DNA of 37,118 nucleotides from a virus (Duplodnaviria; Heunggongvirae; Uroviricota; Caudoviricetes): IMG/VR virus record IMGVR_UViG_2880329822_000001, positions 64,001 to 101,118 of that record; one strand, 5' to 3'. Shown piece by piece: positions 1 to 9,075 of this stretch (position 1 is its first letter; each line of letters starts with the position of its first letter). The notes under the pieces were generated by a model. It saw only the letters and a program-made list of their open reading frames with translations, ran no database searches and was not told where the DNA came from. The position numbers and the translations under genes were made by a program.

Positions 1-297
1 ACCCCAATACTGGTTGGCCACAGTGGTATTAGTGGTTGGCTTCAGCTTAGGAAACATGCGATGGCGAGGCGCCAGCAGCAGTTTCGGGTAAGCCATAACC
101 ACGACGCCAACCAGCCGGTCGTCCAGTTCGCAGCGGTAATACGTTGGCGCGAACGGCTTACCATCCGTCTTGTAGTGCAGCGACTTCAGCGCGTGCCAGT
201 CTTCAACCGTGCCTTTGGTAACGGTCATACGCTCCAGAAAGTCCAGATGACGCGGGAACTCTTCCGGGCGGTAGCGTTTGATGATGACGTCTGCCAT
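1..297 (-). CDS. Partial ORF (runs off the window start), probable GNAT-fold acetyltransferase
   Basis: Not in the ORF track. ATG at 297 with RBS AGGTGAG, open to base 1: MADVIIKRYRPEEFPRHLDFLERMTVTKGTVEDWHALKSLHYKTDGKPFAPTYYRCELDDRLVGVVVMAYP.... The helix, HY motif and LVGVVV strand pattern resembles GNAT N-termini. The acetyl-CoA motif is not in the window. Confidence 0.55.
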   Translation of the reverse strand, partial: MADVIIKRYRPEEFPRHLDFLERMTVTKGTVEDWHALKSLHYKTDGKPFAPTYYRCELDDRLVGVVVMAYPKLLLAPRHRMFPKLKPTTNTTVANQYWG

Positions 298-302
298 GTC
301 GC

Positions 303-557
303 TCACCTGCGCTCAATATTAGCGTTGATGAAGTCAAGACGAAGTGACTCCATCGCCCCAACCATGACGTATGGGCGCCCACCTGAATGCCAGCAATCCA
401 GAACGCTGCCATCACTATTGATAAGTAAAATCGCCATGCTTTGGCTTTTGCCTTCTTTGGCATATTTGAGCGCTTCTTCAAGAAGACGTATAACCTCGGC
501 ATTGTTGTCATCCGTCTCTTTTGAAGGCTTAAATTCTACAATTTTCAAATCAGGCAT
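303..557 (-). CDS. Hypothetical protein, 84 aa
   Basis: Overlaps the ABC ATPase stop and sits tightly in the operon. Confidence 0.8.
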   Translation of the reverse strand: MPDLKIVEFKPSKETDDNNAEVIRLLEEALKYAKEGKSQSMAILLINSDGSVLDCWHSGGRPYVMVGAMESLRLDFINANIERR

Positions 558-1188
558 ATTCCACCTTCACTCGCTCCTTGTAGTGTTTGATGATCTGCAT
601 ATCCGGGCGCAGCGCATTCTTCAGGTCTTCATGGGTCGTCGCCACCATTACCGTCGCACCAACCTTACGTGCGGCGCGCTGGAGATTTGAAGCCACAACT
701 TGAGCGGTTACACGGTCGAGAACAGCACCAAATTCATCGGCTGCCCAAACTTTGGCGTCTGACTCAATCAGCTTGGCGATCTTGAGACGGTATTTCTGGC
801 CGTCAGACATCTCGGATGGCTTGCGTACAAAGAGATAGGCGTCATTTAATCCGGCCATAGACAGCAGCCCCAACGCTTCGCTGGTGTTTTTGCCCAGCTG
901 ATCGATGACGTTAACCTCATTGTCGAAGGTAAAATCATCGATGGAGGCCACAGAAAGCCCTTCATCCTTCATCTGGCGTTGCAGCTCGCGAAGCACAACG
1001 GATTTACCGGAACCGGATTGGCCGGTGATGTACACCACATCGCCCTGCTTCACTTCTAGCTCTAGATTGTCGTAAAGTGTCCACTCTTTTTCGTCCAGAC
1101 CAAGACCGAACGATTCGGCAATCTCCAGTGTGCGCGTGGTTTTGTTTACGCGGGTCTGAAACGATACGTTGATGATGTATTTGCTCAT
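550..1188 (-). CDS. Soluble ABC-family ATPase
   Basis: Walker A GQSGSGKS, variant signature MSDGQ, Walker B WAADE, H-loop TTH; no transmembrane partner nearby. Confidence 0.9.
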   Translation of the reverse strand: MSKYIINVSFQTRVNKTTRTLEIAESFGLGLDEKEWTLYDNLELEVKQGDVVYITGQSGSGKSVVLRELQRQMKDEGLSVASIDDFTFDNEVNVIDQLGKNTSEALGLLSMAGLNDAYLFVRKPSEMSDGQKYRLKIAKLIESDAKVWAADEFGAVLDRVTAQVVASNLQRAARKVGATVMVATTHEDLKNALRPDMQIIKHYKERVKVEYA

Positions 1189-1853
1189 GCAGCCAACTCC
1201 CCAGAAGAAACTTTCTCCGCATACGCCACGAAAGCGTCTACCCCGCTTTCTCCTGTAATTTCTTCCATGTGGGCAAGCAAATCCCCAACCACAATGGCGG
1301 AGCCAGCAGGGAGCGTTTTAAAGCCCAATACGTCGATGACGCGGACTTCTTCAGAGGCCACTTCGCGACTAATCTCGGTGTGCTCTTCTTTCTGGCGTTC
1401 AGTCTCTTCGCCCAGATCGAGCACCAGAGAGCCGGTTTCCATCTCTTCGGTCATGCTGCCGACGAGCACGTTCAGCTCGCGCTCTTCAAAACCAAAAACC
1501 TCGACGTCGCCCAGCACCAGAGATTCCAGCTCCTGCTGTAATTTGATAGCGTCATAGTCGATACTGGACAGGCGGTTGTCTTCCAGACGCTTTGCCTTCA
1601 CTTCTTCTTCGCTCAGATCGTCGCGAACGATGACCGGCACACGCTCCAGTCCAGCCAAAATAGCCGCCTCCCGACGACCGTGGCCAGTAATAATGACGTC
1701 GTGCCTGTCGACCGTGATCGGCTGGTCAAACCCGCGTTTTTTGATAGCGGCGGCCAGATCGCGGATCTGCTGTTCGTCATGTTTTTTGGCGTTCATCTCA
1801 TACGGAATGAGTTCTGCCGGGTTTCGATAGACGATTTCAAAGTTCTTGGTCAT
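1185..1853 (-). CDS. ParB/Srx N-terminal domain protein
   Basis: LIPYEMNAKKH...GFDQPITVD...IITGHGRREAA...DNR pattern; start at 1853 overlaps the upstream stop (TAATG). Confidence 0.85.
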   Translation of the reverse strand: MTKNFEIVYRNPAELIPYEMNAKKHDEQQIRDLAAAIKKRGFDQPITVDRHDVIITGHGRREAAILAGLERVPVIVRDDLSEEEVKAKRLEDNRLSSIDYDAIKLQQELESLVLGDVEVFGFEERELNVLVGSMTEEMETGSLVLDLGEETERQKEEHTEISREVASEEVRVIDVLGFKTLPAGSAIVVGDLLAHMEEITGESGVDAFVAYAEKVSSGELAA

Positions 1854-2533
1854 TACATACGCTCCTTGTAGTAGTCGACCAGCCACACCAGAGCTTCCCC
1901 GGCATTCTCCATTTCGTTACCAGTATTGATTCCCTGCTCTTTGATGATGGTTTTGATGGTGTCGGCGACGCGATCTGACGCATCAAATGTCACCTTGAAT
2001 CGCATCGTCTGGTGTTCAGCGCCGATTCGCTCGGTTTTCTCACGTTTGTCCTCATCGACCGGCTCATCATCACCACGGGAGAGCGCTTCCAGCGCTTCAA
2101 GATCGATAACGGACGCTTTAGCGAGTGTTGCCGCCATTTCGTCGTCATACGGGGCGATATCGGACAGCCGGTAGTCAATTTCAGACTGGATTTCTTCGAT
2201 TAAGCGCTGCAAAGCGACCTGATCGTCTTCGCCGTATCGCTCGTTATCGACGAGAGACATCTGTTTGGCCACCAAGTCGTTAATTTTGCCCACAGAGATG
2301 ACTGGAACCGTTGAAATCCCCTGCTCCATCGCGGCACGCCAGCGGTGTTCACCACCGAGGATCTCAAAAACGTCGCCGTCAAGCTCTCGCGCCAGAATTG
2401 GCTTAAAAAAGCCCAATTTTTCAATAGAGCCTTTCAGCTTTTCGAAGTTTTGCGCCCCAACGGAGTTGGTATTCCAGGGATTCGGACGCAGGTTAGCGAC
2501 TTCTACCTGCATAATCGTAATTTTCACATCCAT
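1853..2533 (-). CDS. ParB/Srx N-terminal domain protein
   Basis: LRPNPWN...GFFKPILARE...ILGGEHRWRAA...DNER pattern; start uncertain (2551/2533/2512). Confidence 0.85.
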   Translation of the reverse strand: MDVKITIMQVEVANLRPNPWNTNSVGAQNFEKLKGSIEKLGFFKPILARELDGDVFEILGGEHRWRAAMEQGISTVPVISVGKINDLVAKQMSLVDNERYGEDDQVALQRLIEEIQSEIDYRLSDIAPYDDEMAATLAKASVIDLEALEALSRGDDEPVDEDKREKTERIGAEHQTMRFKVTFDASDRVADTIKTIIKEQGINTGNEMENAGEALVWLVDYYKERM

Positions 2534-2615
2534 AATTCTGATACAATCCATTGTATAAGCACTTACTTACTATAATAGCCAATTACCATACAAAAGGCAC
2601 GAAGGAAAGAGATTT

Positions 2616-4175
2616 ATGACAGTTCGGATTGTATCTAATGCAGTCAATGCGCTGATTTCTGGCGCTGATGACAACGTGAAGCGGCTCGTTCAGGAGATGT
2701 TAAGCTATGAGGTGGAGGCTGGTGACTGGAAAGGGACCAGCACGATGTTCAACTGGAGTAAAAATGCTTTCCCGGCTGGGTTTGCGAAGCCAGTTGTGGC
2801 CAATCTTCTGAAGGCCGGCATCAAATGCGTGCATGTCCGCAAGGAAAAAGCCCCCGCGCTGGGTAAGCCTAACCCGGTAGTTAACCCATTCCCGTATAAC
2901 CCGGACTATGCGTATCAGGATCAGACAGTGGAAACACTGGTGCGTGAAGGGATGATGATCGCCCAGATTGCGACGGGTGGCGGTAAATCGAACGTAGCGT
3001 GTAAGGCAGCTGCTCGCATTGGCCGTATGACGCTGTTTTTAACCACGCGATCGGTTCTGATGTTCCAGATGGCAGAGAACTTCCAGAAATCCATCGACTA
3101 CCGCGCGGAGAATGGCGAGCCGTGGCTTAAAGGGCAAAAAGTTGGAATCATAGGGTCTGGGGAATTTCAGGTATCACGCCATATCAACGTCGCAACAGTA
3201 CAAACCCTGGCCAGCTTTCTTGAAGAGCCTCCACGTGATGCTTCGCCTAATAAAAAAACTTACCATAACAAGCGTCGAGAACTAGTGAAAAACTTTCTTT
3301 CCAGCGTTTCATTGCTCATTCTGGAAGAGGCTCATGAGTCATCAGGCTCCAATTTCTACGACATCTCGCGTCTATGTACCAATGCCGATTATCGACTTGC
3401 ATTGACAGCTACACCGTTCATGAAAAACTCAACTGAAGCCAACATGCGTTTAATGGCAGTGGCAGGTCGTATTGAGATAAAGGTCACAGAGAAATATCTG
3501 ATTGATAGAGGTATTTTAGCTAAGCCGTACTTTTTATATCATAAAATCGCATACACTCCAGATGAGGCACGAATCCGTTCAGAACTAGCGTCAAAGCATC
3601 TAAATTTCAGAGTTGGTATGAGTACCGCATACCAAAAAGCATATCAGTTAGGTATTGTTTATAATCTGGCACGTAACGACACTATCGTCCGTGAAGCCTT
3701 GATGTATAAAAGTCATGGTTTGAATTGTATGACGCTGGTTCGCTTAAAACGCCACGGACAAATTCTGATGGAGATGATGAAAGAAAGCGGTCTAAATGTC
3801 GATTTCATTTATGGAGAGTCAAATCAGACAACAAGACAGGCGAAACTTAGCAGTCTGGCTTCAGGCAAAATAGATGTTCTGATTGGTTCAACTATTTTAG
3901 ATGTTGGTGTCGATGTGCCTAGTGTTGGGGCTGTGATCTTGGCTGGTGGCGGAAAAGCAGAGGTTGAAATGCGCCAGCGAGTAGGTCGCGGTCTGAGAGC
4001 CAAAAAAAATAAGGCTAATGTATGTTTTGTTACCGATTTCATTGATGTGTCAAATAAATATCTTATGTCGCATTCATATGAACGGAAGAACATCATAGAT
4101 ACAACACCTGGTTTTGCTGAAGGCGTATTGCCAGTAGGCAGCACCTTCGATTTTACTGTTTTGAAAAGAGAGTGA
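2616..4175 (+). CDS. SF2 (DEAD/DEAH-like, UvsW/XPB-type) helicase
   Basis: Motif I ATGGGKS, II LEEAH, III TAT, V DVGVDVP, VI QRVGRGLR. Confidence 0.9.
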   Translation: MTVRIVSNAVNALISGADDNVKRLVQEMLSYEVEAGDWKGTSTMFNWSKNAFPAGFAKPVVANLLKAGIKCVHVRKEKAPALGKPNPVVNPFPYNPDYAYQDQTVETLVREGMMIAQIATGGGKSNVACKAAARIGRMTLFLTTRSVLMFQMAENFQKSIDYRAENGEPWLKGQKVGIIGSGEFQVSRHINVATVQTLASFLEEPPRDASPNKKTYHNKRRELVKNFLSSVSLLILEEAHESSGSNFYDISRLCTNADYRLALTATPFMKNSTEANMRLMAVAGRIEIKVTEKYLIDRGILAKPYFLYHKIAYTPDEARIRSELASKHLNFRVGMSTAYQKAYQLGIVYNLARNDTIVREALMYKSHGLNCMTLVRLKRHGQILMEMMKESGLNVDFIYGESNQTTRQAKLSSLASGKIDVLIGSTILDVGVDVPSVGAVILAGGGKAEVEMRQRVGRGLRAKKNKANVCFVTDFIDVSNKYLMSHSYERKNIIDTTPGFAEGVLPVGSTFDFTVLKRE

Positions 4176-4456
4176 TCATGAGCGAAAAACGAGCTACGTA
4201 TTGTCAGGTTCCATTGACAGAGAAGGCCAACGACAAGCTGGAAGCCTTTCAAAGTCGCTTGCGTGAACGGAACATCAAGCTATCTAAGGCTGAGATTATA
4301 AATCTGGTGTTGTCAAAAATGACAATATCTGATTTTGACAAAGCAGCTACATCACTGGAAGCTACGACAAAAGCTCGTGAAAAGGTCATGAAGATTTATG
4401 AAAATTCACCTATGACCAAAGAAGATCTGGAGGATATCCTTAAACGGTTGCCGTAA
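4172..4456 (+). CDS. Small hypothetical protein, possibly ribbon-helix-helix DNA-binding
   Basis: Overlaps the helicase stop. N-terminal strand YCQVPL followed by two helices, SKAEIIN; fold call is inference. Confidence 0.7.
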   Translation: MIMSEKRATYCQVPLTEKANDKLEAFQSRLRERNIKLSKAEIINLVLSKMTISDFDKAATSLEATTKAREKVMKIYENSPMTKEDLEDILKRLP

Positions 4457-4518
4457 CTTACCACTTTTCCCCCTTCTTCCAAACTCCATCATGTGCTCGT
4501 CCAGTTACAAAGGAGCAC

Positions 4519-5055
4519 ATGATGAACTATTTAGCTGAACTACCATTCGTTGATATCTTTGACACCAAAAACAACAACGCATTTTTTTGGCGCGTAAATA
4601 ATCCACTTGACTATAAGCGCGGCGTTAAAAGCGCGAAGGAATTTGTTGAATTCATTGAAAAATACCCTTTCATGAACAACAGCAATGTTCTTTATCGAAT
4701 CGCGTGTGATATGAGCGAGTCAGGGTTAATTAAATCAGAATCAGCAAGAGGCTTTTTCAACACCCTGGATACTTTACTAACGCCAAAAATCGCAGAATCT
4801 TCCAATGTATCTGCCATAAAAAGTAGACAGCTTCGTACTGTAAATAATATCGCCAATAAACTGGGCATTACAAGTTTGAAACTTTTAAACTTCCTTGCGC
4901 TTACAGATTGGGTAGACAATGCAACGGTAGAACCAAAAGATGGAGCTATAGAGAATGGGGTGTTACGTAAAAGCACAAGATCTCCATTTGGATTTGTAAT
5001 CACCAGAAAAGGCGAGAATTTGCTCACGAAAAAATATCAATTATTGAACAAATAA
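4519..5055 (+). CDS. Hypothetical protein; C-terminus resembles phage antirepressor (KilAC/ANT-like) domains
   Basis: RBS AAGGAG; TVNNIANKLGITSLKLLNFL...FVITRKGENLL pattern. Confidence 0.6.
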   Translation: MMNYLAELPFVDIFDTKNNNAFFWRVNNPLDYKRGVKSAKEFVEFIEKYPFMNNSNVLYRIACDMSESGLIKSESARGFFNTLDTLLTPKIAESSNVSAIKSRQLRTVNNIANKLGITSLKLLNFLALTDWVDNATVEPKDGAIENGVLRKSTRSPFGFVITRKGENLLTKKYQLLNK

Positions 5056-5099
5056 CAACCAATGTGCTGACATTATTACATGTCAGCACATGATAGAAT

Positions 5100-5888
5100 T
5101 TATTCTTCCGGTGGTACAATGAAGTCATCAAGTTTATTTTCTTCACTTCTAAGTAACTTGATTTCTTCTTCTGTTATGCAAGTTTCCGAATACACTTGCC
5201 CAGATTGACACTGTGTAACAGCGGATGGATAACCAGTGTATGATAACCCCTTAACGGGTTCAAATTCACCCTTATCGTTCTTCTTAAATTTGTAAAAATC
5301 AGGGGTATCATAGTTAGTTACGCTGACAAAGGCATGTTTATCATCTTCTCTTGCGTATACTTCATGAATACGACTCGATTCTCCAAGTTCTCTACTCACA
5401 TATGTCGAATCGCTTGCTGCATCAAAAACCACTCTACCTAAAGGTGTTGTTTTGAGAGCTTCTTTTTTTTCATTTGTTTTCCTGATTTCAGCCTCTTTTT
5501 CTAAATACTTTTTTACGCCATTCTCAATACATGCCTGGTTTTGTCGTTCAAAAAGCAGATGTTCTTTCAATGAACTTGTGTTTTTATTGATCGCAATAAC
5601 AGCTATCGGATCACGTTCGCGTATGTCAAAAATATATGCGTTAAATTCGGTCGCGCCAGTGTAGGCGCCAATTGTATTTTTCCCATTCACCTCACCACAT
5701 ACCATATATGAGTTACTGTTGTCGCCCAACTGTAACGCACGCATATTAGTAAATCGTCCAGCATCTGGGTCTAAAAGTGTAGAGCGCACGTCCTTCTCAA
5801 CAATTTTTATAGCTCGTGCCTCGTTAGAATCACAACCAGTTAATAACACAGCCACAGCTAATAAGACCAATGGATATTTTTTATTCAT
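5100..5888 (-). CDS. Lipoprotein
   Basis: Signal peptide MNKKYPLVLLAVAVLLTG-C (lipobox LTGC); CGEVNGKN...GAYTG motif. Confidence 0.85.
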   Translation of the reverse strand: MNKKYPLVLLAVAVLLTGCDSNEARAIKIVEKDVRSTLLDPDAGRFTNMRALQLGDNSNSYMVCGEVNGKNTIGAYTGATEFNAYIFDIRERDPIAVIAINKNTSSLKEHLLFERQNQACIENGVKKYLEKEAEIRKTNEKKEALKTTPLGRVVFDAASDSTYVSRELGESSRIHEVYAREDDKHAFVSVTNYDTPDFYKFKKNDKGEFEPVKGLSYTGYPSAVTQCQSGQVYSETCITEEEIKLLRSEENKLDDFIVPPEE

Positions 5889-6012
5889 GTTCCCTCCCGG
5901 AACCTTACTTCATTATCGGCTTAACATGTCGACATGGCACAAAGATCTGTTAGTCTGTCTACATCTCAGAGACATGTATATAATGACTAAAAAAGGTATA
6001 AAACGATAGACT

Positions 6013-6534
6013 ATGTATACAGATATTACCTACGGCATACCAGCAGAGGTCTGGCATAGGGACTATTCTAATGTGGAACATACCTTGATGTTCTGGAGGG
6101 CACGATCTGTTCCTGTAAAAGTAACGATGGAAGATGGACAAGTGTTCAACATGTACGTACAGGGAACACTACCATCACGCAACAAACTCGATTTGTCACC
6201 CGTTCCAGGTAGCAAAGAGCGTCGAGTTCGTCTTCCTCTTGGGAGAGTTAGCACTATAGAAACGATTATACCTCCAGAAGTAGATGGGGACTTTGCGGAC
6301 AGGCTTACCGTACATCCGGACTACGTTAACAACCAGCCATCTCGTCGTGATTTCTTCAAAATTTGTCGTCAGGCTCATCAAACCCAGAAGTCTATAAGAG
6401 TCTACATGGCGGACGGCCGTGAAATTGAGGGCGTGTCGTTAGGCGTTGATGCTTGTCAGGTAACCATGAAAGTCGGGGAACACGTAAGAACGATTGTTTT
6501 CTTCGATTGGGTCGAACGGATTTTACCGTTTTAA
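6013..6534 (+). CDS. Hypothetical protein with two Sm/Hfq-like domains
   Basis: Second half SIRVYMADGREIEGVSLGVDACQVTM...IVFFDWVERILP aligns by eye with the Hfq Sm1/Sm2 motifs; first half VPVKVTMEDG is similar. Confidence 0.7.
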   Translation: MYTDITYGIPAEVWHRDYSNVEHTLMFWRARSVPVKVTMEDGQVFNMYVQGTLPSRNKLDLSPVPGSKERRVRLPLGRVSTIETIIPPEVDGDFADRLTVHPDYVNNQPSRRDFFKICRQAHQTQKSIRVYMADGREIEGVSLGVDACQVTMKVGEHVRTIVFFDWVERILPF

Positions 6535-6545
6535 ATCTATAAGGG

Positions 6546-6571
6546 TAATAACCGGCTAAGTCCGGTTATTA
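6546..6571 (+). terminator. Stem-loop, likely terminator
   Basis: Perfect 10-bp stem TAATAACCGG-ctaagt-CCGGTTATTA just after the 6534 stop. Confidence 0.55.
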
Positions 6572-6751
6572 TATTATGCGTCACTTCTCTTTATAATAAT
6601 TTTATCTCATCTCTACTCATGCCTAAATATATAAGGGCAATACATCGAATAAGTGATTTATTTAGGCAACACCTTCGCAAAAACTGAGTTTATTTCTAAG
6701 ACATTGATCTTATAGTGATTAAAATTTTTCTCTTCACCTGACAAAAAACAC

Positions 6752-6779
6752 TTGCAAAAAAAAACCGTTATTCGATAAT
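6752..6779 (+). promoter_or_regulatory. Sigma70-like promoter
   Basis: TTGCAA-N16-GATAAT upstream of the 6853 ORF. Confidence 0.5.
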
Positions 6780-6852
6780 TAACCACATCGAAAGCGAACA
6801 CGCTAACGATAGAACGAAATAAATTTTCTAATTTGATCTAAGGATACATATC

Positions 6853-7503
6853 ATGTCTAACTTCTCTATCTCTAAAAAATCCATTATCGAAGCTTCCATC
6901 GTTATCGCAGAAGAGTTAAAAGCCAAAGCTGATCTTGCTGTCCAGACTTACAACGAACATTATAAAAATGGTACGCACACCAAAGCAGATAAAGCTAACA
7001 TGATGGCGACGTCCACTAAGTTAGCGTACTTCACTAACAACGTGGTAAACGCCGTCAATGATGACAAGTTATCTGGCGTCTTCTACTACGCAATTAAAGC
7101 AAGCAAACAAGCGCCGGAAGTGTTTTTTCGTGAAGCCATGACTAACAGTTACTCGCTTGAAAAATTGGTATATCTGGTTACATCTATCAAAGCTGGTAAA
7201 TGTGTTTATTCCGTCGCTGATATGTCAGGGTCTCGCGTATTCGCATTAGTTGAAATGATTAATGATGAAATGGAAACATTCACTAATGGTGCTGTATACG
7301 ATCTAATGAATGAAGCAAAAAAAGAATGCGAAGTTAAGTTAGACGCTGGTTATACTCAGGCGAATCAGCTAATTAATCTTTGTGAACGTCTTGGACTGGT
7401 AGAGAAAATTAAAGGCGTTGGAATAGCAAAAGCTGGTACGCAACAATATCGCTTTATCAAGAACGATTTCTATAACTATCTTGCTGACGCATTCAAAGCA
7501 TAA
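6853..7503 (+). CDS. Hypothetical protein, 216 aa
   Basis: RBS AAGGA; C-terminus may be a winged helix (LCERLGLVEK). Confidence 0.85.
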   Translation: MSNFSISKKSIIEASIVIAEELKAKADLAVQTYNEHYKNGTHTKADKANMMATSTKLAYFTNNVVNAVNDDKLSGVFYYAIKASKQAPEVFFREAMTNSYSLEKLVYLVTSIKAGKCVYSVADMSGSRVFALVEMINDEMETFTNGAVYDLMNEAKKECEVKLDAGYTQANQLINLCERLGLVEKIKGVGIAKAGTQQYRFIKNDFYNYLADAFKA

Positions 7504-7553
7504 GTAGACGGATTAAGCGCCCATCATGGGCGCTAGTTTAAGGATAGAAAATC

Positions 7554-7757
7554 ATGACCAGCTATGACCAGATCCGCGAGGAGTATCTCGCAAAATATCG
7601 CGATTATAAACTAGAATTAATCGACGATCTGAAAGCACAACGCGCTAAACTCAATTTTACTTTTACTGATTTGCTTAACTGTAAAAGAGATTGCAAGCGG
7701 AAACGTGAATATTTGCACTTGTCAGAATTAATCGGAAAACTACAAAACAGCATTTAA
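7554..7757 (+). CDS. Hypothetical protein, 67 aa
   Basis: RBS AAGGA, followed by a terminator. Confidence 0.75.
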   Translation: MTSYDQIREEYLAKYRDYKLELIDDLKAQRAKLNFTFTDLLNCKRDCKRKREYLHLSELIGKLQNSI

Positions 7758-7763
7758 CCACAG

Positions 7764-7786
7764 GCGCCCATGATGGGCGCTTTTTT
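7764..7786 (+). terminator. Rho-independent terminator
   Basis: GCGCCCA-TGA-TGGGCGC followed by T6. Confidence 0.75.
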
Positions 7787-8257
7787 CGTTTTCAATACTC
7801 ACACCATAACGCGCCAACAATGGCGCGTTTTCTTTTATCTGGCGCTCACTCATTCACACCAAAAATAAGCGCCATAAACGCGTTTACCTCGCTAGTTTTC
7901 ACGTATAGCTATACATACCCATAGCCAACATATAAAAACGCTTAAAATGCGAGGCCCGCAGCGGTTGTAATGGTGCTGTTTTGTCGTGTCGTGGGTGTGC
8001 TAATCTGGCGACGCGTTCACGCCATCCTTCGGGACGTGTCGGCAATAATGGCGTTATACGTTGGCGCTCGCGTATCATTAGCACGTTGGCACAACGTGTA
8101 CGCGCTTGTAGTGGTTTACCCACTGATTTGCATAATCACATAGCGAAAGCTATCTGGATGGCTCAGGGCTGAAACTCCACCAGCAACCACCCCAGCGCCG
8201 CTACGCAATTTCTGGAGCGATTTTGACTTATCCCCGCTCAGTTTCTACATAAAGGCA

Positions 8258-8291
8258 AACCCAGCCGTTTCCCGAAAATTTTCTGGCCGTT
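8258..8291. repeat. 34-bp direct repeat, copy 1
   Basis: AACCCAGCCGTTTCCCGAAAATTTTCTGGCCGTT, identical at 11536-11569. Confidence 0.9.
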
Positions 8292-8388
8292 TCCCTTCGG
8301 TTCTCCAGACAGCTCTCTGACCGTTTCCTGTATTTTCCCTGCGGCAGTTGATTGAAGAAAAGAAAGGGGCATTCCAGCCCCTCCCCTC

Positions 8389-8871
8389 TTATCTGCCAGT
8401 CAGGATATGAATGCGATTCTTTCCGTACACCTCTTTCACGTATTCCCCGCACGAGACACTCCACGAGTCGATTCCTGCTTCGTAGATAACGTTTTTGCAC
8501 TTGATGGCGTTGTTGGCGATGCGCATCCCCTCACCCACTGCTTCCTGTTCGCTGAAGTCGAACCCGGATTCTGTTTTAACCCATAAAGCGATCTGAGTGG
8601 CGAAATCGATGAGTTTAGACTGGCAGAAGCGACCGCTGCGTACCGGGAAGATGAATACGCCAAATCCCGAAGTGGAGACATACGCTTTCTTAAATTCTCG
8701 TGTATAGCGACGATTGCAGACAATATCATTAGCGATCTGCTGTTTCTCACATCTTGATAACTCGATAAGCTCATTGTCACGCCATGCGCCAATGACGCTC
8801 TTGTCAATGTCTGAGAACGTCACAGAAATATTTCCATGCGCAGGAGTGTTAACAGTAGCGATAAAATTCAT
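8389..8871 (-). CDS. Hypothetical protein, 160 aa
   Basis: RBS AAAGGA; preceded by a motif-B promoter cassette. Confidence 0.8.
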   Translation of the reverse strand: MNFIATVNTPAHGNISVTFSDIDKSVIGAWRDNELIELSRCEKQQIANDIVCNRRYTREFKKAYVSTSGFGVFIFPVRSGRFCQSKLIDFATQIALWVKTESGFDFSEQEAVGEGMRIANNAIKCKNVIYEAGIDSWSVSCGEYVKEVYGKNRIHILTGR

Positions 8872-8885
8872 ATCATCAATCCTTT

Positions 8886-8920
8886 AAACAATTTGTTTTC
8901 TTGTTGGTTTAATTATCGCT
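8886..8920 (-). promoter_or_regulatory. Motif-B promoter/operator cassette (first of about 8 copies: 8886, 9888, 10835, 11193, 13530, 15943, 18159, 18854)
   Basis: Plus-strand AAACA-N3-TGTTTTCTTG-W-TGG-N-GTTATTWTCGCA, which on the minus strand reads as an extended -10 TGnGAWAAT followed by CAAGAAAACA-N3-TGTTT just before the RBS. Confidence 0.8.
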
Positions 8921-9075
8921 ACGCGCATCAGGTGTCCAAGCGTTCTGTTCAGGCTTCTGGTGGCCGCCAGGGTGTCGGAGGGTTGTTCGGTAGCCTGGCG
9001 GTAAGAGGTGGGTGTTTTTAGCCTGCGGGAAACAGGATGGTCATTTGAGACCACCGGCATTGGTGGCCTATATAG

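Noticed and set aside
550-1188. ABC transporter
   Set aside because: No permease or binding protein; neighbours are ParB-like and GNAT-like
1185-2533. parABS partition system
   Set aside because: No ParA adjacent and no clear ParB HTH or parS; only the ParB/Srx N-terminal domain is evident
6560-6590. Xer/dif site
   Set aside because: Only a partial XerC-like arm (GACGCATAA on the minus strand); no XerD arm
8228-8237. Additional I-E repeat (TTATCCCCGC)
   Set aside because: No second stem arm or GGGGAAC end
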